Shown: piece by piece, positions 39,263 through 51,529 of the stretch
Position numbering within the stretch: the first letter of the stretch is position 1
How the letters are laid out: every line of letters begins with the position of its first letter
Assembly: GCA_000182565.2 (NCBI GenBank)
Contig: KQ257456.1
Reading direction: 5' to 3' (one strand)
From: Spizellomyces punctatus DAOM BR117
Taxonomy: Eukaryota
DNA length: 64,000 nucleotides
Translations under genes and position numbers: made by a program
The notes under the pieces: model-generated
Database searches by the model: none
Seen by the model: only the letters and a program-made list of their open reading frames with translations
Told to the model about the DNA's origin: nothing

Positions 39263-41005
39263 TTGTAAGAACAAATCGTCTACTTTACACAGGCAATTCT
39301 AGTCCCATCCCTCCAATCATAAATAACGAATATCGTGCTGACAGTACGTCATATGACACGAGCAGTCTATTGGGCAAACAAACAGGAATCGGAGCATACA
39401 ACTAGTACCGACTATTTCATCAGACAGATAACGGGAACACAGCAGAAACACTTGTCCGATGAAAAACTCGATACTAGTTATATAACGGTGGGAGTGTCTA
39501 GTACGTACTCGTATCCCCAAGTCACATCACACGCATCGTATGATCATCTCCGATTGTTGAGTTGCAAACATATTCAACTTGGGTACTATTCCAAACGACA
39601 TTTAAGAGTTGAGAATTCATATATTAAGATATTTATAATACATCCATTTCTATCTAATGTACAAGAACTCCTGTGGGCGCGGGCCGGTCTCTTGATATTG
39701 GGCTGATCCTGGATAATCTAATGGAATATGAGATCAAACTGTCGGTCAAGTGTGTAAAGAGCAACAATGCGACCTTACCCGAGTCGAGGAGCAAATCTGT
39801 GATTCGTCTTGTGCACTCGAGTCTTGAGCATCTAGAGAAATGACAAAAGGACATCGGCGGATCCCTCAAAAAGTAGAACAAAAAGTGGAACTGCTCCAGC
39901 TCGGCGCAAAAGTGGGACAGTCCGGCGCAAAAGTGGAGCTGCTACCGCCACAGACAGATAGCAGCTCAGCGCAAAAGTGGGACTGTCCGGCGCAAAAGTG
40001 GAGCTGGCAAGCAGTTCGGCGCAAAATGGGACCCGGCGCAAAAAGTGGAACTGCTCCAGCTCGGCGCAAAAGTGGGACAGTCCGGCGCAAAAGTGGAGCT
40101 GAAAAGCAGTTCGGCGCAAAAAGTGGAACTGCTCCAGCTCGGCGCAAAAGTGGGACTGTCCGGCGCAAAAGTGGAGCTGAAAAGCAGTTCGGCGCAAAAA
40201 GTGGAACTGCTCCAGCTCGGCGCAAAAGTGGGACAGTCCGGCGCAAAAGTGGAGCTGCTACCGCCACAGACAGATAGCAGCTCGGCGCAAAAGTGGGACT
40301 GTCCGGCGCAAAAGTGGAGCTGAAAAGCAGTTCGGCGCAAAAAGTGGAACTGCTCCAGCTCGGCGCAAAAGTGGGACAGTCCGGCGCAAAAGTGGAGCTG
40401 CTACCGCCACAGACAGATAGCAGCTCGGCGCAAAAGTGGAGCTGAAAAGCAGTTCGGCGCAAAAAGTGGAACTGCTCCAGCTCGGCGCAAAAGTGGGACT
40501 GTCCGGCGCAAAAGTGGAGCTGAAAAGCAGTTCGGCGCAAAATGGGATCCGGCGCAAAAAGTGGACCACTGCTACCGTCACAGACAGATAGCAGCTGCCA
40601 GTGGACCACTGCTACCGTCACAGACAGATAGCAGCTGTCAAGAGGGATGCCGAAACCGATGTGAAGAAACGCGTTGGGGGGAACGCGGACGGGCACGGTT
40701 TATGAAGGCCAGAAGCTAGGGGTAAATAGGTGCGCAGCCAGGGGCAGCCAATCAAACACGCGCATGCGCCATGGCTTTTCCAAGATTGATTAGACCATTT
40801 ATGGACTAATGGTTTTGATTAGACCATATATGTACTGTTATTCCCCCACCACCAACTTCAGAAAACAAGGCGGAAATCATCACCAATTCCAATGGTGATG
40901 ACCAACTTGCTCAATATGCAAGGAAAGTGGGCATTGGGTTCATGATGGCCCACTCCTATTCAACGCAATCTGACGTCAACTCCTATACTCAAAGTCATGT
41001 TGTAA
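39263..41005 (-). repeat. Hairpin-array element copy 2 (internal modular array ~39880-40637)
   Basis: Begins AAGAACAAATCGTCTACTT as in copy 1. Array of GGCGCAAAAGTGG linkers separating palindromic modules. Confidence 0.85.
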
Positions 41006-42379
41006 AACTTACTCGAAGACGTGAATTCATCGAACCCACACCAATCATGGAACTATACTGCTTGTCCTGGGGCATCCTCTCATCAAATAGGATTATGACA
41101 CTCGATTCAATGGAGACGATCCGGTCTCAAGGGGAATGCCTATTCAGCTGCACCAAGCTTTCTGTCATGGTCGCTTATATAGAACAACATCCGAATCCTT
41201 CATCAGGGATGCTCAAACAAATAAATTGTTATTCGGCTCGGACATCCCAGGATGGGTTCCCAGACGCTCAAGCGAACAAGGAAAAAAAAACGATCTAGTC
41301 TAAAAGTTCATCTACCGTCACTAAATCATAAGTCTTGCGTGGACTGTCACTATGGCAAGGAGCTCTTCAATAATACAAGCTAAATCCCGGCAGAGAAGTC
41401 TTACAGTGCATCGATACCAGCACAACCGTGATAGACATAATTTTTCCTGGTAATTATTTTCTAACATTCATGTCAAGAACTCACCATACATATTATTGTT
41501 ATGTAGCAAATCAAAATAAACTATTAGACTATCACCAAATAGCGACAATACAAAGGCGTTCCTAGAAGGTTAGCATACTAAGAAGATAAAGGTAGGGAAA
41601 ATATTAAGTAACCCTTTAGTCAACAAACTAGGTAAGATGGAATATCCGTACAAAAGACGCAACCTTTCACCCCGCACCAAAATATCGTCACCTATTGGTA
41701 TAATCAGACCATCAGCAATCAAACACAGGCAATTATGCATAGACGTACATGTATCAAGAGCCCACTCAGATCGTAAGAAGATATCCGCTATTCCACCCGA
41801 CTCAAACTTTGGATCTGCCGTATCTAGCGTTTCTCAAAGGCTTTGTTATCTCAAGACTACTGCAATGGCAGACAAAATATCAACGTGTCCGATCATGTCC
41901 GAAACCAACCGCCCGTCAGGTGAGTGGCGCGTTGACCACGATCATAGCTATGGTAAGCATGACTTCGACGACAGCCATCGGACATACCTGGGACTTGTCC
42001 CTCAAACCGACACGCCGGACATGGAGAAACCAGTTTAAAAGAGTAACACGCAGCAATTGCATGTGAATTTAGTAGAAGCAGATTGTGTACCGTGGATTAC
42101 CGGAAGGATCCAGCAGACCAACTCGGACGAATGGCTCAATGCTCCGAAGAAAAAACAAAACCCAACATGGATGGCACAGTTGTGCTATCGTAAAACATGG
42201 GACCGGGGTCAATGGCCATCAATGCCCAACCGTCGTAGAAGACTGCAATGCCAAATTAACTTCCTTTGACCCCATTGCATCCGTGTCAGCCAGAATGGTA
42301 ACCAATTGCCGTTATCTTTCAAAATTGGAAGGTGCGTATACAGCTGAGGCATGAGTAGATGATACATGTCCTGAGCGAC

Positions 42380-42830
42380 AGCAATAAAAATCATTCCACC
42401 CATTGAGACACCAACGAATAAAACATCTTTTGTCCACCCAGAGTGTTGCTACAAGTTCGTGCGCATTTTCAGTCATATCCATGACCTAGGCGTGCCCATG
42501 AGATCACATGCATGATGGTATAATTGCAAGAGCGGGGACACTAACGAGAAACCCGGTTCAGGCTGATTGGAGTGTCCTGTACCGCGATTATCAAAGATAC
42601 AGACTTGGTATCCGTTTCGGGCCAAAAGTTGTCGAACAGTAGTGTCCCACGCGCGCATGTCTCCCAATAGACCTGCGCCAATATGGTTTTTGAACATTGC
42701 ATGCTCAAGGACGGTCTATCTGTGTATGATTTCATATAGGAATATACCCATGACTAGCATTTATTGGGACCCCACCCGTGCAATTCATAACAGATTTGGT
42801 ACGGACGTCGTACTTTCAAAGCCCCTACTC
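42380..42830 (-). pseudogene. Alpha/beta-hydrolase gene fragment
   Basis: GYQVCIFDNRGTGHS and the nucleophile motif VGVSMGGMI, truncated immediately after. Confidence 0.7.
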
Positions 42831-42879
42831 GTCATAAAAATAGAAATCCTACCGAGGGAAAAGATATAGATCCCAATCA

Positions 42880-43110
42880 TCGACATAAACACAAACTAGC
42901 GGGTCTGTACCCGTCGGTAGTGAACACCAATATGAATTCCAATTTCTTCAAATTGAAGCGCATCGTAATTGGCTCTCCCGCAACCTTTGCCGCATAAGGC
43001 CGAATGACCGCGTCCAAAGCTCTTCCCCCTATATGATGATGATGGTTGTGATCACCTTTGCTGAAATACACGTCCGTAATATCAAAAGGAGTGATCAGAG
43101 TACGTGGCGA
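42880..43110 (-). pseudogene. GH5 (endoglycoceramidase-related) C-terminal gene fragment
   Basis: GGRALDAVIRPYAAKVAGEPITMRFNLKKLEFILVF resembles the junction into the GH5 C-terminal beta-sandwich. No catalytic domain nearby. Confidence 0.6.
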
Positions 43111-43199
43111 AGGGGGTGGACTACAGTCGTGACATACATGCATCCACCCAAGCACAAAAAAAAAACTTGTTCCAGCTCTCTTCACCATAGTCCATGTAC

Positions 43200-43750
43200 C
43201 ACTGGCGCTGATCTACAATACCACAACTTTGCCGTAGTCTCTGTGGCCGTAAACCTAGGTTCCACGCCCACAATAACGTAACGCGCTATCGCATCCCACG
43301 ACCCATCTTTGCACGCCTTTTTAAATAGTCCCATGTGACCAACGTCCTTAGCACCTAGCTCTTTGGGTTCTACGTAATAAGACCGCACCTTGGCATTCGG
43401 CATTAAAGTAAACCACTCATCAAACGCTTACCTTGAGGCAGAAGAGTATGATCGACCAGATTGTAAACCTGCCTGTGACATATTTCCGGTTGACAAAAGT
43501 CCTTTTGTATCGCTTGAAGCAGTACCAAGCCGTGGGGGCTCAGGTTCCTCTTCTCTGCAAGGAGGTAGTTTGGGCCATGCCCCGTCGCCGGGGGACGCTG
43601 ACTCTGTATGTGCTGCCAGCGCACAAGTGGTTATGCGAGTGTTTCCTGTATGGGTGGTTCATAGGTCGATGATATGATTGCAAGGTTGCCATCGGTAGAA
43701 TATAATCGGCTTGACACGTCAGTGTCTATAGACGGTCTTTATAAGGGGTT
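43200..43750 (-). pseudogene. Second alpha/beta-hydrolase-like C-terminal fragment
   Basis: PKELGAKDVGHMGLFKKACKDGSWDAI (catalytic-His GHMGxF motif), interrupted frames upstream. Confidence 0.45.
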
Positions 43751-45644
43751 TCGCCCCATTTGGCCTTCCGTCATTGTTCGTCCACATATTTGCATTATAT
43801 CCGAGACAGTCCCTGCACCACACTACTCCATCCATAAACAAGAAGCATCACTCTAATCGCCAGTACGATGCTTCTCCCATTCACAAAAGTAACCTTCTTT
43901 GATGTAGCTGCCGTAGAATTGCACATCATAGCGCGAATCGCAGCCATTCATGATGCTACTTTCTGTCACAGTGTCATCTAGGACATTTTCCACTAGGACT
44001 AACACAGTCCATACTTTTTACATTTGTATTTGGTCACCGCCGATGTAAGTTCTAGCTAGCATGGCGAGTCGGATGGGAAGACATTTCGTTCTCAGAGCCT
44101 ACCACCTCATGTGTATTATTTTACGAGTAAAAATACACAATTCTAAGCCTCTTTTCGTTCTGATACCTCCCATGGTACTCCACATTCGCTTCCCCCCTCT
44201 TCACCAACACATCAAAATCCACACACACATACCCCTCCCAGAGCCTTTTAGCCACCCCTAGCGCCTCACGCACATCTCCAGTCTCATCTTCTCCATCCAC
44301 AAACGCCAGATCCAAAATATCTGGAATCATGGGGGCCATGATAGGCGTATTCGAGAGGTGCTGTAGAATATGGAGGACAGTTAATGCTCGAGCGGTATGA
44401 GTTGCGTCATGGTACCCAACAACGAGATCAGTGGTAATGTTTGAGAGAGCGGTTTGGGGGATTGTTGTGATATACTCGCCCGTTCCGGGAGGCAACTAGG
44501 ATAATGAACTTTATAAGACCGTCATACGCATGCAAACCCAGGAATGGTTGAATATTGTGGCGAGTAAAAAGAAGGAAAGATTGTCTTTTCAAAACAAAAC
44601 AAGACAAAAACAAAGCTAACTAGACAAAAACAAAACAAGACAAAAACAAAGCTAACTAGACATAAACCCCCTCCACGTAGAACCTCTCGCGTAAAAGTTT
44701 GATCTGACTGGTAGTTCCATAAGCGAAAAATGATTCCCCAGCAAATATTTTAGCCGGCATGCGAAAGGTTGTTTGAAGGTGAACGCATATCTTGGCGGCC
44801 TTCGAAGGGACGTTGGAACGCGGTTGTCGAAACATAAAAAAATTCTTCTGTTGGAGCCGGCGAGCACTAGTTTATGCCATTGCGGCACAACTGCATCAAC
44901 TATTGTCTTATATTTGTCATCTGGAACGGTCTCGGTTTGTACTGCTTGGTCCTCTGTACTCTTTGGTTCTTGAATGTCGTGGGCTCCGTCATTAGTACCT
45001 CCGTCACTTTGTCTGCGTTTCTGTCCTTCTTGATACATTGTGCCGCCGGCTTCGGCTCCATCAACGGTGGAGGTGGAAATGGGGTTGGGGTTGTAGGAGG
45101 TGTCTTTGTCTGCAACATCCCCACGCTCTTGCATATGCTTTTGGCCAGCCAAAAAAAAGAGCACCATTTCTCCTAACCGCTTCTTATTTGCATGATTCTG
45201 AAATATAAAAGTAAGTTCATGGTTCACACATACAGCAGCACAGAATGACTTACGTTTTTTTTGATTCCTGTTAGCTTTTCTAAACCGTGTTGTTTGAGGT
45301 ATTGCAATAATTCATCAAACTGGGCAGAGTGCACGTCCTCAACAGCAGTGTTCGCATCAAACATGGTTGCAAGAGAGCAAGAGAAGCAAACGTTAAAGTG
45401 AGTTCTGGAGTACGAGAAAGCTTTGTGTGTGGGGGGGAGAGGCGGAATCGACCTGCTTAAATACATCGCGTAGCAAGGGGGAAAAAGGAGGTAAGAAATT
45501 GTAAATTGGACTTGTCCGAATCAACACACGCTCACCTTATACTTGAATCATTTAGTTTGGCGGCAGAAATCAGATACGTTCGGACAAAACGTGCAAGTGA
45601 GCTTAGTTGAGCCATAAACACAGCGGAGAAGGACGAACTACTCA

Positions 45645-46060
45645 CCGCATCTGGTTCATGTAAGCGAGATACCAAAACCCAAAGTACATCAAACACATTA
45701 TGGAAACGAGCGGCGCGATTGTCATGTACGTCACTCCAACAGTCGCAATGAAGGAATGGCTCGCCATGGGGACGCCCGATAAGTACACCAGTGGTTGGGA
45801 TTGCCTCCAAATGGCCCGAGGAGTACTCGCGAGAAACCTCAGCTTCAATGGCTTTAAAATCAGGTTCGCAATCTGGAGCAATTCACCAGCTGGACCAGAA
45901 AGGGCCAAGAGAATTACGTAGTTGACGAAGAAGGTTGAAACGCCGGGGATACTGCGGGCCAGGATCTCAAAGACTGCTGTCGGATTGTCTATGATGGTTT
46001 GTATCGTCTGGAAAACGGACCCAGAAATCGTGACGATCAATAGGACGTTGAAAACGAGAA
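45645..46060 (-). pseudogene. CSC1/OSCA/TMEM63 (RSN1_7TM) channel gene fragment
   Basis: FLVFNVLLIVTISGS...ILARSIPGVSTFFVNYVIL...ELLQI...STPR...GVTYMTIAPL...WYLAYMNQM ending at a GTGAGT donor. Only ~135 aa, with no N- or C-terminal parts. Confidence 0.8.
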
Positions 46061-46307
46061 AAGCCCCACCGTTGGATATGCGGCATACAATGGCGGGGCG
46101 CTTGGCTCTTTGTGTCGCCGGGCTTCCCATAGGGTTTCATTCCATTGTCAGAATGGTTATTGGGAGAATTTGGAACACCCGGTTTGAAAGTTCCCGTTAG
46201 TCTCTTTATCAGTGGGAGGTGATCGTCATCAGATTCCCTTTTGATGGTCGTAACATTAATGGCCGATGACGTGACGCTCCCATAGATGACTGGGGATCAC
46301 GAGAGTC

Positions 46308-46940
46308 CGGTAGCAGTACTCCACTTTTTGCGGGATTCGTCCCTACCACTTGAGCTGCTATCTGTCTGTGACGGTAGCAGTGCTCCACTTTTTGCGGGAT
46401 TCGTCCCTACCACTTGAGCTGCTATCTGTCTGTGACGGTATCAGTGCTCCACTTTGTGCGAGATCCGTCCCTACCACTTGAGCTACTATCTGTCTGTGGC
46501 GGTAGTAGTGCTCCACTCTTTGCAGGATCCGTCCCTACCACTTGAGCTACTATGCGGTGATCCACTCTTTGCGGGATCCGTCCCTACCACTTGAGCTGCT
46601 ATCTGTCTGTGGCGGTAGTAGTGCTCCACTGTGTGCGAGATCCGTTCCTACCACTTGACCTACTATGCGGTGATCCACTCTTTGCGGGATCCGTCCCTAC
46701 CACTTGAGCTGCTATCTGTCTGTGGCGGTAGTAGTGCTCCACTTTGTGCGGGATCCGTTCCTACCACTTGAGCTGCTATGCAGTGCTCCACTTTTTGAGG
46801 GATCCGTCCATACCACTTGAGCTACTATGCGGTGATCCACTCTTGGCGGGATCCGTCCCTACCACTTGAGCTACTATGCTGGTGATCCACTGTTTGCGGG
46901 ATCGGTCCCCACTTGGAGCTGCTATCTGTCTGTGGCGGTT
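46308..46940 (+). repeat. Hairpin tandem array of the same family, opposite orientation
   Basis: Repeats of CCACTTT.TGCGGGAT.CGTCCCTACCACTTGAGCTGCTATCTGTCTGTG(A/G)CGGTAG, the reverse complement of the core in copies 1-3. Confidence 0.85.
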
Positions 46941-47118
46941 GCTGGGCGAATGTAGGGGCGAGAGTAGGTGGGTCCCTTCCTGTTATGTAGCGATTCATGA
47001 AGCGGCTGATGCGGAAGGTTAGTGTTAGAATGTGTCGTATCATCCGTACATGTTCCTTTTGTTTAGTCAGATTGAAACTCCGAAATACCTAGGCGATTTG
47101 GTAAGCGCAGACCTTGAA

Positions 47119-47218
47119 NNNNNNNNNNNNNNNNNNNNNNNNNNNNNNNNNNNNNNNNNNNNNNNNNNNNNNNNNNNNNNNNNNNNNNNNNNNNNNNNNN
47201 NNNNNNNNNNNNNNNNNN
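47119..47218. other. Assembly gap (100 N)
   Basis: Run of exactly 100 N, a typical placeholder for a gap of unknown size. Confidence 0.99.
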
Positions 47219-49371
47219 ACACCTACGACGCCGAGGCCAGTTCCGCACATCTACGTACTCAACAATCGCTTTCCGCCGCTGGGCAATCCGCAAAGGCCAA
47301 GTCATACCTTTGCTTCTTGGATTCAAATGTCTTTTGTTTGCATTTTGTCTAGATGACAGGTCGAACTAGGTAGCACACTGAAACGCCCTTTCATGTCGTC
47401 TTCCAAGCAATATCAGGGAAGATATAAGGCTCACGGTGCAAAGGCCGCCCGCAATTAGAAAGATGTGCGCAAGACAAGAAGAGCCCTTGCAATGTCGTGA
47501 CGAAGACTTATTTGCATCGTAGATGAGGCCGAATACAAAGGATGTGAGCTGTCCTCTTAAGTGCGGGCGTCAAGGTCATCCCACCCCCTGCTGTGTTGGT
47601 TAGAAAACGTTGATTTGATCCCTCGCACCAGTTGCAAAATTGTTTTACAAGAAATTCGGGTAACCCGGGTGAACGGAACCGAAAGCCAGGCCAATTAACA
47701 CCGAGTACCAGTTCATTCAATGTGCACAACCCCAAATGAAAAGCGTTTACCGCAGGAAAACGATCAACCATGATGTCGCGGTACATAGGCTTTGATTAAA
47801 AAACTCGAGTATTGCATTTCGCAGTGGATATGGGTGCACATAGGGACACCTTAGATATGATGACTACTACCGCAACGACTATGCACTGGTTTCCAATCAG
47901 TACATCTGGTCATACACCCCGCTATACGGCACTATTTTGCCTTTGCCAGCTGTCAATACAAATCTCCAATTCTACTGCTCACGACTCGTGCACCTATATA
48001 GCAATGCTATGAAGCCAGTGACACATCCTTTTCAGTATATCACCCCCCTAAAGCAAACCAGTAATGCATCTCCGGTACACATATCATACTTTACTGCAAC
48101 TCGTATATCGAAGTGTTCAGTGTTCAAAGCATATCAGCTGGTTTGAACTGGTCTATTGTGGTTGCAATCATTTAGCCCCGTGATCTTCTTGATTTGTTGT
48201 CACATGATCGTATGCACATGACCATGACCTGATGCGGATACAGTATTTTAAGGCGCTCCACAGCTCCACCATTTGCTCTCCTCATGCCCGTTGTTCCATC
48301 TGCTTGATTTATCTCATTAGGATTAGAGCATCCTAGTTACTACAATATACTGAACGTCATCCAAATTACTGTTACCTTATGGCTATTAACTGTATAGCAA
48401 TTACCAAGGCCAGTGGTCTTTTTTTGCCGCCAGGAATTGAGCCCAAAAATGCAGTAGTTTGAAAATACAAAGTCAAAGTAAAGACCTGTTACCGGGATAT
48501 ATACATCATAAAGTATATAGCAAAGTGCTTCCGTACTGTAGCGGTATTTGCTTTATGTCTTATTATTTTTTGAGGTCGTCTGTCAAATGCGGTACACGCA
48601 CGATCTCACACACTAGTTCCTGGAAAGTAGGCCATACATTTAACTTCTTTCACTCACTGCACTGTTTCCTGCCATGCTTAACAGTCAATACTTCGACACG
48701 AGCCTTGCATATCTAGTGTCTGAAACCCACGAATGGAAAGTCTGTTTGTCCTAGCCATTGAATTGATCCCTGCCAACATCTTAAGTGGAAAGCATTCCTC
48801 TGTGCCGACTGTGTGTGGACCGAGCATGGAATCAACAACCCTGAAAAGTAGCGTACGCATGCTTGCGTCGGCAAAGAGCGCCTTCACACTACGGCCATCG
48901 ACTTTGGAAAGGTGGTCGTGGCTCCTCATTCCCTGCGACGTTGAAAGGTCCACGGAGCCATCGACTTTGGAAAGGTAGTCGTGACAGGAGCCACGACCAC
49001 CATCACCTCCTACACCCCCAACCCCATCGTCACCTCCACCGTTGATGGAGCCAAAGCCCTCGGCACAGATCCAGTGGGCACCGTAAAGGCCCACCTTCGT
49101 CATCCAGGCGTGCGCCATTAAATGTGCTTCATCTGTTCTATTTGATGCATGATACAAATGTATAAACTGGCAATATGGGAGCTGTTGCACTATTTACATA
49201 TATTCCGTCTAAAGCCCATAAGAAAATATTGGGTGTACAGCACTTTGCGCGCAATGACCCTGATCGTCGCCCGCAACAACCACTCTCTTCTCTCAGCTTG
49301 TTCGCCTATGTACAACGTCAATGGCGCCTGTTGCTCTTGTTGTCAAATCGAGTTTGGAAAGATCACCTACC

Positions 49372-50330
49372 TGAATCGGGGGCAGCAAATCTGTGATTGA
49401 ATCTTCTTCGTCTTGCGCAAGTCTTGAGAATCTAGAGAAAATCAGATGGGCACGAGCAAGTGCCTAAAGAGGAGCGCGTACTTACCCGAGTCGAGCGCAG
49501 CAAATCTGTAATTCAACCTTCTTCGTCTTGTGCGAGTTTTGAGAATCTAGAGAAATGATAGAAGGAAAGTGGAGTGGCGGCGGATCCCTCAGAAAGTGAA
49601 CTGCTCCAGCTCGCACAGAAGTGGGACCGATCCGGCGCAGAGTGGAGCTGGCAAGCAGTTCGGCGCAAAGTGGGATCGGTCCGGCGCAGAAGTGGAGCTG
49701 CTACCGCCACAGACAGATAGCAGCTCGGCGCAGAAGTGGGACCGATCCGGCGCAAAAAGTGGAACTGCTCCAGCTCGGCGCAGAAGTGGGATCGGTCCGG
49801 CGCAGAAGTGGAGCTGCCACCGTCACAGACATGTGAACATAGCAGCTCGGCGCAGAAGTGGGACCGATCCGGCGCAGAGTGGAGCTGGCAAGCAGTTCGG
49901 CGCAAAGTGGGATCGGTCCGGCGCAGAAGTGGAGCTGCTACCGCCACAGACAGATAGCAGCTCGGCGCAGAAGTGGGACCGATCCGGCGCAAAAAGTGGA
50001 ACTGCTCCAGCTCGGCGCAGAAGTGGGATCGGTCCGGCGCAGAAGTGGAGCTGCTACCGTCACAGACATGTGAACATAGCAGCTCGGCGCAGAAGTGGGA
50101 CCGATCCGGCGCAGAGTGGAGCTGGCAAGCAGTTCCAAAAGTGGACCACTGCTACCGTCACAGACAGATAGCAGCTGCCAAGAGGGATGCCGAACTCGAT
50201 GTGAAGAAAGGCGCGGAACGCGGACGCGCACGGTTTATAAAGGCCAGAAAGCCAGGGGTCAAAGGGGTAATAATGCAATCAAATACGCGCATGCGCCGTG
50301 GCTTATCCAAAGTTCATTAGACCATATACA
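49372..50330 (-). repeat. Hairpin-array element copy 3 (internal array ~49595-50177)
   Basis: GGCGCAGAAGTGG linkers with GGACCGATCC/GGATCGGTCC and GAGCTGCTA...TAGCAGCTC modules. Same TATA (50234-50241) and GCGCATGCGC (50287-50296) block and the same intron-like modules. Confidence 0.85.
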
Positions 50331-51529
50331 GTTGCAGTGTGCCATAAATGGGGTTAATGGTGGTGGAGTGGTATGTACAGTACTAATGGTCATTCCACCC
50401 GCAGTGAGAGCCCACGACATGCAGCAACGTAAGTCCTGGCGAACAAGGGCAGACCAAAGAATGGTTTGCAGATGACGATCAATGCCATGGCCAGCAACGT
50501 GCTGTAGCGTCCAGTCTGGAAGGACAGACGAACAACGACCTGTATTCAGAGACAAAGCTACAGACAAAAGATAGTCGCCGTGTGCAAACATACTAAATTC
50601 TCTGCAACGACTTGCAGTTACTGACCTCTAGTGAACAAACTCATGGGAATCATTGTTTTCTGATCGCTAGCGGGCGGTCTGTCTTCTTGAATTCCATCTC
50701 CACTTCGCGAAGTTCGCATGTTGCGCATTCGACCATTTTTGCAGAGATCGATCGCATTTGAGACGGAGCATTGAGCGATAGCACCCTCTTGTGTCTATCG
50801 CCTTACGCTTGTCGGACGGTTTGTCTATATGCAGTCTGTGCCAGTATGGACCTCTGGGCATGCTGCAGACGCTCCTTCTCTTCTGCCCATGGTGTTAAGA
50901 GAAAGTTTCCTAACGGTCCCTCCCATAGGTGATGAGCGTATTTTGCACGGGCATCAACTATTGGGCATAACTATATTAGTGTGATCAACTACGGTCTTTT
51001 TCCAGCCAGAATTTCTTGAAAACACATGGGATATGCCCAAAGACTGACAAGCCCCGTCATCCTCCTCAGCCGCATGACATCCGCGTGTATTTACGTTCTC
51101 AACCGCCATGTCACATAACCTCGTTTACTTGTACTCACGTAAATGCCCGGAATCAGGGTGGGTCTACCCAATGGCTAACCTTGGCAATGTGGTTTACCAT
51201 CATTCTGAGGAGCCTGAGGAGGACGTCAGGATTGCAGATATTAAACAACGATCAGAAATAAGTGCAAAGAGGCGACCAACCATACACTGGACGTACTCTA
51301 ACGCTGTAGTATTCTCCTTCCCTCTTGATCTGTGCGACTATGTAACAATCGGGATTTATCACTTTTTGAGGCCGCTCAAACGTGGTCCTCAGATATTTTC
51401 AGTTTTGCAAGTCCATATAACAGCCACGACTCCCATACCTAAAGAAGCAAACATTTTGAATTCAGAGAGGCGTTGTGTATGGCCAGTTGAAACTGACGTT
51501 GGATGGATGGGTTGGGGGAGAAGAAGAGA

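Noticed and set aside
39832-40696. Long repetitive ORFs in several frames over the hairpin arrays (also 49513-50320 and 38073-38874)
   Set aside because: They are open on both strands only because the repeat unit lacks stop codons. No ATG after the promoter block, and frames are not conserved between copies.
41280-42350. Possible transposase or reverse-transcriptase remnants (also 47220-47800 and 50500-51500)
   Set aside because: Frames are broken and I could not identify diagnostic motifs.
47032-47356. ORFs spanning the N run
   Set aside because: Artefacts of the assembly gap.
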